Assembly (NCBI GenBank): GCA_002269645.1
Contig: NIVC01000052.1
Location: forward strand, 186,001-250,000
Direction of reading: 5' to 3'
DNA from: Macrostomum lignano
Taxonomy: Eukaryota
Length of the DNA stretch: 64,000 nucleotides
Shown here: piece by piece, positions 58,233 to 64,000 of the stretch
How positions within the stretch are numbered: the first letter of the stretch is position 1
Layout: each line of letters starts with the position of its first letter
Translations under genes and position numbers: made by a program
The notes under the pieces: model-generated
The model's input: only the letters and a program-made list of their open reading frames with translations
Told to the model about the DNA's origin: nothing
Databases searched by the model: none

Positions 58233-59131
58233 GGCTTCTGAGCCTTGAACTTAGGACAGTCAGGCCTCTTGTGGCCTGGTTTACCGCACTCGTGGCACAC
58301 AATGCCTTGCAGCCTATCCCTGGCAGATGCGGCTGGCGTCTGCTTGAGAAGCTGCTCAAGCATCTGCTGCTGCTTCTGCAGGACCTCATTCTGATGCCTG
58401 ATTAGATTTTTAAGCTCATCGTCCTGTCGGGGAACCGTAGCTTTGTCCCCACCAAGGCTGCGACAGGGTGCGTCTTTGCTGCGGGCAGCAAGCTCACGCG
58501 CTGTCTCGATGCGCTTGAAGGCGAACTTGGCGTCCTGTAGAGTCTCTGGACGACCCCAGTACAGCCGTTCTCTGGCCTCAATTGTAGTTCTGACACCTTT
58601 CAGGAACTGATCAACAAGTTCTGATTCGAGCTGAGCTGGCAAGAGATAAGGGTACGCGAGTTCTCCAAGTTCGCGGAGAGCATCTGCGAACTCGTCAATG
58701 TCCTCGTTCTTGCGCTGAGTTCGGCAGCGGAAATCTTCTCGGAATTCCTGTGAGCCGCCTCTCTTTGAGAATCTCTCAATCAGCGCTTCCTTAAACTCTT
58801 CGTACTCCAGATGGTCTGGCAAGTTCAGGCGCAGGACCGAAGCATACGCCGTGTGCACGTCAAGGTTGGCGAGCAACTCCGCCTTCCTGTGGCAGGCACG
58901 AATGTCTTCGGTATCGCAGCGAAGATCGAAGGCTTTGATCCACGTGCGGATGTCTTGGGACGGCGTGTATTTAGCCATCTTGACATGCTGCCTGACTTGG
59001 CCTATACCAAGCTGGCGCTCCAGTGCATCAGCGAGACGATCAAGACGTTCGCCTAGTACCGGTTCCTCAGCTCCTGCTCCAGCACCATCGTCAGGTGGTG
59101 CCATTGAAGCACGACTGCTGGCAATAGACAT
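58166..59131 (-). CDS. gag: Gag, 321 aa, with CCHC zinc knuckle
   Basis: Retrotransposon-gag core (..FRCRTQRKNEDIDEF..L..LAYP) and CHECGKPGHKRPDC. Confidence 0.93.
   Translation of the reverse strand: MSIASSRASMAPPDDGAGAGAEEPVLGERLDRLADALERQLGIGQVRQHVKMAKYTPSQDIRTWIKAFDLRCDTEDIRACHRKAELLANLDVHTAYASVLRLNLPDHLEYEEFKEALIERFSKRGGSQEFREDFRCRTQRKNEDIDEFADALRELGELAYPYLLPAQLESELVDQFLKGVRTTIEARERLYWGRPETLQDAKFAFKRIETARELAARSKDAPCRSLGGDKATVPRQDDELKNLIRHQNEVLQKQQQMLEQLLKQTPAASARDRLQGIVCHECGKPGHKRPDCPKFKAQKPGNVRAGVANQDPLQGQPPKSH
58178..58232 (-). promoter_or_regulatory. -1 programmed ribosomal frameshift signal (gag-pol)
   Basis: G GGA AAC heptamer in gag phase (58232-58226), 7-nt spacer, then 9-bp stem CGGGGGTTG / CAACCCCCG; pol is in the -1 frame. 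Confidence 0.8.
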
Positions 59132-59196
59132 TGCTATGATTACTAAGTGAGACTAAGACGTAGGTGGACGAAGGATTGACGTGGTCGTTTTACCGG

Positions 59197-59214
59197 ATCC
59201 CACCGCTGCCACCA
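59197..59214 (-). promoter_or_regulatory. Primer-binding site complementary to the 3' 18 nt of tRNA-Leu
   Basis: TGGTGGCAGCGGTGGGAT one base inside the 5' LTR; complement ATCCCACCGCTGCCA-CCA is the 3' end of metazoan tRNA-Leu(AAG/UAG). Confidence 0.9.
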
Positions 59215-59215
59215 G

Positions 59216-60507
59216 TGTTATGCCGTGGGCTTTCGCCCGAGATAGAACAAGGATTTCCCTGGGTGGTCGGGTAGGTCTTGATATCCCACCGCTGCCACCA
59301 GTGTAATGCTGGTGCCGGATCCCACCAATGTAACCAATGTAATGGCCTTGTGGATCCCCGTCTCTTTGGTGATTACTGCTGTTGCCTACTACTTCCTCTG
59401 TCTGTCCTCGCTATCTAGCACGGCCGGTAGCTGGCCTGAGTGGTCTAGCTATGGTCCGAATTAACCCCTCTTAGTCTCCACTGAGTATAGTTAGATAATA
59501 ACCGAGTATTGGTAGTTGGGTTGCTGCCACCTTGTAGGGCTACCGGTGATATCCTCGACAGGTTACCCCTAGGTAGGCCTACTGATAAGTAGAAATTAAA
59601 TAAGACAAACAAGTCAGTTAAACGCTTATTAATGTGAGTAACGGTCACAGGCCGATCCTAAAATATCGTTTAATAGCTCAACTGGTGTCGCAGTAACAAG
59701 TCCCAACCCTATTAGGTGTCACTGATGTTGCCCAACAGCGTAGGTTGTAGGCCACGAGACCAGGTCCAGACGGTGTCGAAGGTCTGGCGAGCTGATGACA
59801 CAAAGACCTGCGGCAGTCTTAATGAGCAAATGGCAGCTGCAACAAGGATTTGTTAGCAGGTTATCCCTAGGAAAAGCGTCTAGCGATCTGCCTAAGCTAG
59901 TTCGTCTAGGAAAAGCGTCTAGGAATACTAGCCTTTGCTCGAAGCCAAGCAGGCGGTCTCCGAGAGGAAGATCGTCTCTTTGGGCCTTCACCTACTCTGT
60001 ATTTATACTAAAATTCGGGGGTCTCAGGGCCAATGGGAAGCTCAGAGGCAGTTCCGTGGCAGATCCCATGGCAGTTCCGTGGACTACCCGGCGCCCGGAG
60101 CGATCTTGGAGATGTCCATAAGACATCTGCCTCATCATGCAGCCTCCGCATGGCCTGCTGGTACACTGCTTGCATGTTGCCGCATGCAAGGAGTGCAACC
60201 AAGACCCCACGAGATCCTACCCCGGGCGGAGAGCTATGCTCTCACTCCCGCTGACTAAATAAGCCTGTACTAAGGGAGAAATATCCCACTGACTAATGTT
60301 TCTATTTTTAGCCCATTGCAAACTGCGCCAGGGGGAGAGGGGGAGAGATTTCTCTCCCTGTCCCGCGACAGCTGCACACCTGAGCCTGCACAAGGAAGAA
60401 GGGGAAGGGACAGCCCTATGCCCAGCTCCCACTGCTGCAGCCCAAGCACTAACTGACTAAGGGGGGATCCCAGGAGCAGCCTATGCTAGCTATGCTGGAT
60501 CACCACA
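59216..60507 (-). repeat. 5' LTR (1292 bp)
   Basis: Direct repeat of 51356-52646; by eye only one substitution and one C-run indel differ. Confidence 0.97.
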
Positions 60508-62258
60508 TGAACAATACATACCATCCTGTGACAACAAATACATGTAGCTGTTTCTCATGTTTTGTTTCTAAATTGGAATGCATATGCTTCAATTTATCCG
60601 TTAACATTCTAATCGCTTGTTTTTCAAACAGTTTTTTACTCTATAATTTTATATTTATTTTTTTAGAAAACACTTATCATCTTATCTTTGTTGTACCGTA
60701 GTTTTACATGTACATTCACATGTGAATTCACAAGCGTCCTCCCCTCTAAGGACGACTGAAGTAGGCTCTACAATTAGCGACATCATGCCTGTCTTCATTG
60801 GCTCTGATCTGATAAAGTGATTTACTAGCCAAATTTTTTACAGAGCAGAAAAATTATTGCAGTCTTAATAAGAATAACGTCACTGAATAAGTAGATATAT
60901 TTAAATGAAACAATATAAAGCGTTCTTTTACCGGTTGTATTAATGCTAACTAAAACAAAATACATGAATGCAGACAGTAAGCTTGCATTAAAATTGCAAT
61001 TTTTGTTTTTAATATATAAACTTTCAATAAACTTTGTTTTATATAGATGAAATTGGATAAGAAACTTTAAATAAATTTTTATTACCACCTTTAAAGGTGA
61101 AAGTTTCGTAGAACTAACTGATCTCTACCTATAAGTGGACGTGGTACAACTTACGAGGTTAAGTTGAGTTGAGTTGAGTTAAGGTAAAAATGAAGGTTGA
61201 CTTTAAGATGTTGAATTTTATTTTACATGCTTTTTGTTTTTACGAATGTATTGGCCCCAAAGTTCACTTACAGTAAGCGAACAAAAATTATAGGTAATCA
61301 AATCAAGTTCTATAAAATTAATAAACATTTTAAATCTCAGACTTACATTCAAAGCTAAAAGATTAATATTACAAACGTTATTTTTTTCCAAATCTTTGTT
61401 CATAAGCGCATTAATTTTGTTCTAGCCGTCTCATCTACAATATTGCGATTGAAATTTAATTTTTAATGCTTTAAATAAAATGCAAATCGTGTTTTGTATT
61501 TCTTTTACACTATAAATAAAGTTTAAGATAAAGCAAATTATGTACCTTTGGAATTTATTTCTAATTCTATGTATTTTTAAATACATATAAGTCAGACAGT
61601 TTGCTCTAACTAAATAAAGTAGAATTTTTAGTCTATTAATTTACAACCAGAATTCTTCTTTTCAATGCCATCTTTAGAGAGTTACTTTGAATATTTATAG
61701 CTGAACGTTTTGATGCTTGATTTCATCTTTTCTTAAAATATAGAAATGCTGCCTTTGACTTTAGGAACAAAGTTTTTAGTAATAGACATTTTAGACTTAG
61801 GAAAATAAGTTCTATAAACAAAATACTGTTTTATTAGGCAGTGGGATAGCCAGGAGTTTGCCTTGCTGGGCAAGAGTGTAAAAGGCAAGATTTTAGCTTT
61901 CAAACTTGTCTACCTACTATCACTTTTTTGTTGAAAATTGCAAAAATTAACATTCAAAGTTTATGGCTGGTTGTCTGAGGGGGGGTCTGAAACTGAAAAC
62001 TTAAACATTAATGTAAAGGACATTATTTCTCTAAGAAAAAATATAGGAATTCATACAATAAGCTTTTATGTTAAGTTTTACTCAACCTTTTTGTCTCACT
62101 GACTTCTAGAACTTTCTATTCCTGTACTCGTATGATAATTTCAGCACAGACTGGTCGCAAACCAGATGGTCATGGCAACATGACAGAGAGATGCAGTGGC
62201 TGCAATAGAATTTTAAAAGTAAAAAATTCAGTTCTCAAATAGACTACTAAGCCAAAGT

Positions 62259-63809
62259 ATGGACAATGTTGACCTCGAACTGACACCAGACCTACTTGAG
62301 CAGCAGCAAATTCCTCTAAGCGCCATCAGCCAAACCCTGCTTTTGTTGCTGAAGCCATTGGAAGATGCAACAACGCGAATTGTCACAGTTGATGGGGTGG
62401 AGCTGCTGGACAATTTACAGGGACTGGCCGAACTGCTAATTTTCAAAGGTGAGATGTGTTGTATTGAGTTGAACTTTTGCCATTAGTATGCTATTGCAGT
62501 GCAAGTCTGTCTCCAAATTGTACTTTATGTGCATGGGCCACCACAATAGTTATCCTTTGACAGGATCCTAAAGACAACGCAATTGAGCTTGAATCTAGTA
62601 AACTACCCGAAGAAGCAACCATGCCCTAAGAATCTAAGAAGACCCCAAGCTACCCTAAGAATCGACCCCAAGCTACCCTAAGAATTGACCCCAAGCTACC
62701 CTAAGAATCGACCCCAAGCTACCCTAAGAATTGACCCCAAGCTACCCTAAGAATCGACCTAAAACTACCCTAAGAATCGACCCCAAGCTACCCAAAGAAT
62801 CGACCCCAAGCTACTCTAAGAATCGACACCAAGCTACCCTAAGAATCGACCCCAAGCTACCCTAAGAATTGACCCCAAGCTACCCTAAGAATCGACCCCA
62901 AACTACCCTAAGAATCGACCCCAAGCTACCCTAAGAATCGACCCCAAGCTACCCTAAGAATCGACCCCAAGCTACCCTAAGAATCGACACCAAGCTACCC
63001 TAAGAATCGACACCAAGCTACCCTAAGAATCGACCCAAGCTACCCTAACTAACATTAACCTAACCCTATAAAACCAGGCTGCGTCACCGACTGGGGTCTG
63101 GCTGGTACGGCCTCGGTTAGCGCGGTGCTTGACACCTGGGGCCGGCAGGATCAGCGCGCTAGCTGTGCCGTCCTGTGGCGCCTGCTGGTGTCCCTCGGCC
63201 GGTTCGATTTGCTGCGCAGCATCCGCGGCCGCCTGCTGAGAGACGCGGAGCTGTACATGCAGAGCGAGCAGCGGGAGCGGCGGCGGCTGCGGGAGGCCAC
63301 ACAACAGCCGTCAGCCGCTCCCGAGCGGCGCTTTGACGTCTATGTGAGCTACTCCGAGACCTCGCAGGAGGACTCAGCGAGGGCGGCCGAGATTGTGGCC
63401 CGGCTGCGGGACAGCGGCTTCGATGTCATCAGCGCCGAGGACCGGCTGGCCGGTGGCTTCTCGCTGGACGAATTTCACGATATTGTGCGCCGGTGAGAGA
63501 GAGAAGCGTGTTTTGGCGGCCTGAGGTTATAAATGCAATTGAGTCACTGAGTCACTCCAACGCAGGTGCAGCCGGGTGCTGGTGCTGTGGTCCCGGGCCT
63601 ACGAGGCGGAGCCAGAGCTGCGCTACGAGCTTAGCCTCTCCCGCTCCATGGACCCGGCCGCCGATCGGCGTCGAGTGATCCCCGTCCTGCTGGACGACAC
63701 GCAGCGGCCCGGCCACCTGATCGGCATCCGGGCTGTTCGATTCGGCAGCCGCAACTGCATTCAGCAGCTTGTCAACTCTTTGAGAGATGGAAATGGACGG
63801 CGTAGCTGA
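62259..63809 (+). CDS. MYD88: MyD88-like adaptor (death domain + TIR), 282 aa, 3 exons (62259-62448, 63078-63492, 63566-63809)
   Basis: Death domain IPLSAIS...LQGLAELLIF...VLDTW...LWRLLVSLGRFDLL; TIR box 1 FDVYVSY, RCSRVLVLWS, RRVIPVLLD; splice phases 1 and 2 match. Confidence 0.85.
62640..63047. repeat. 23-nt minisatellite (GACCCCAAGCTACCCTAAGAATC)n in MyD88-like intron 1
   Basis: Direct inspection. Confidence 0.95.
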
Positions 63810-63852
63810 GTGAGACAGATTGGCGTTCAGTGTTGACAGTATTATCAGTGAG

Positions 63853-64000
63853 TTGGCTGTGCGGAGTGAAGTGGCTGTGCGGAGTGAGGTGGCTGTGCGG
63901 AGTGAGGTTGCTGTGCGGAGTGAGGTGGCTGTGCGGAGTGAGGTGGCTGTGCGGAGTGAGGTGGCTGTGCGGAGTGAGGTGGCTGCACGGAGTGAGGTGG
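63853..64000. repeat. 18-nt minisatellite (GAGGTGGCTGTGCGGAGT)n just after the MyD88-like stop, runs off-window
   Basis: Direct inspection. Confidence 0.9.

Larger units (their letters stand above)
51356..60507 (-). mobile_element. Full-length Ty3/Gypsy LTR retrotransposon (~9.15 kb), very recent insertion
   Basis: TG...CA LTRs; 4-bp target duplication TGAA (51352-51355 / 60508-60511); gag-PR-RT-RH-IN order; PBS and PPT present. Confidence 0.97.

Noticed and set aside
62564-62630. TTGACAG acceptor followed by a short open frame in MyD88-like intron 1
   Set aside because: Phase-incompatible with exon 1. Direct joining to 63078 restores the MyD88 death-domain spacing.

Overview
This is eukaryotic (invertebrate animal) genomic DNA with GC-rich exons and introns full of simple repeats. 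The style suggests a free-living flatworm such as Macrostomum, but that is inference and not shown by the sequence. Most long ORFs in the supplied track are repeat artefacts. Real content: (1) A teneurin gene on the minus strand with 18 phase-consistent GT-AG coding exons from ATG 46495 down to 133 (about 2060 aa here). It encodes a polyQ/polyP intracellular domain, a TM helix, eight EGF repeats, Ig/FN-plug, an NHL propeller and the start of the YD shell; the C-terminus lies off the left edge. (2) A divergently transcribed 4-exon, 242-aa four-TM LAPTM/DUF4728-like gene (48378-50724), with a hAT-type MITE between the two genes. (3) A very young full-length Ty3/Gypsy LTR retrotransposon (51356-60507, minus strand, TGAA target duplication, tRNA-Leu PBS, GGGAAAC -1 frameshift). 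Its LTR carries extra tRNA-Leu-complementary boxes and its integrase runs into a ~250-aa extra ORF. (4) A 3-exon, 282-aa death-domain + TIR (MyD88-like) gene (62259-63809). About 30 distinct micro/minisatellites are present, most abutting splice sites.
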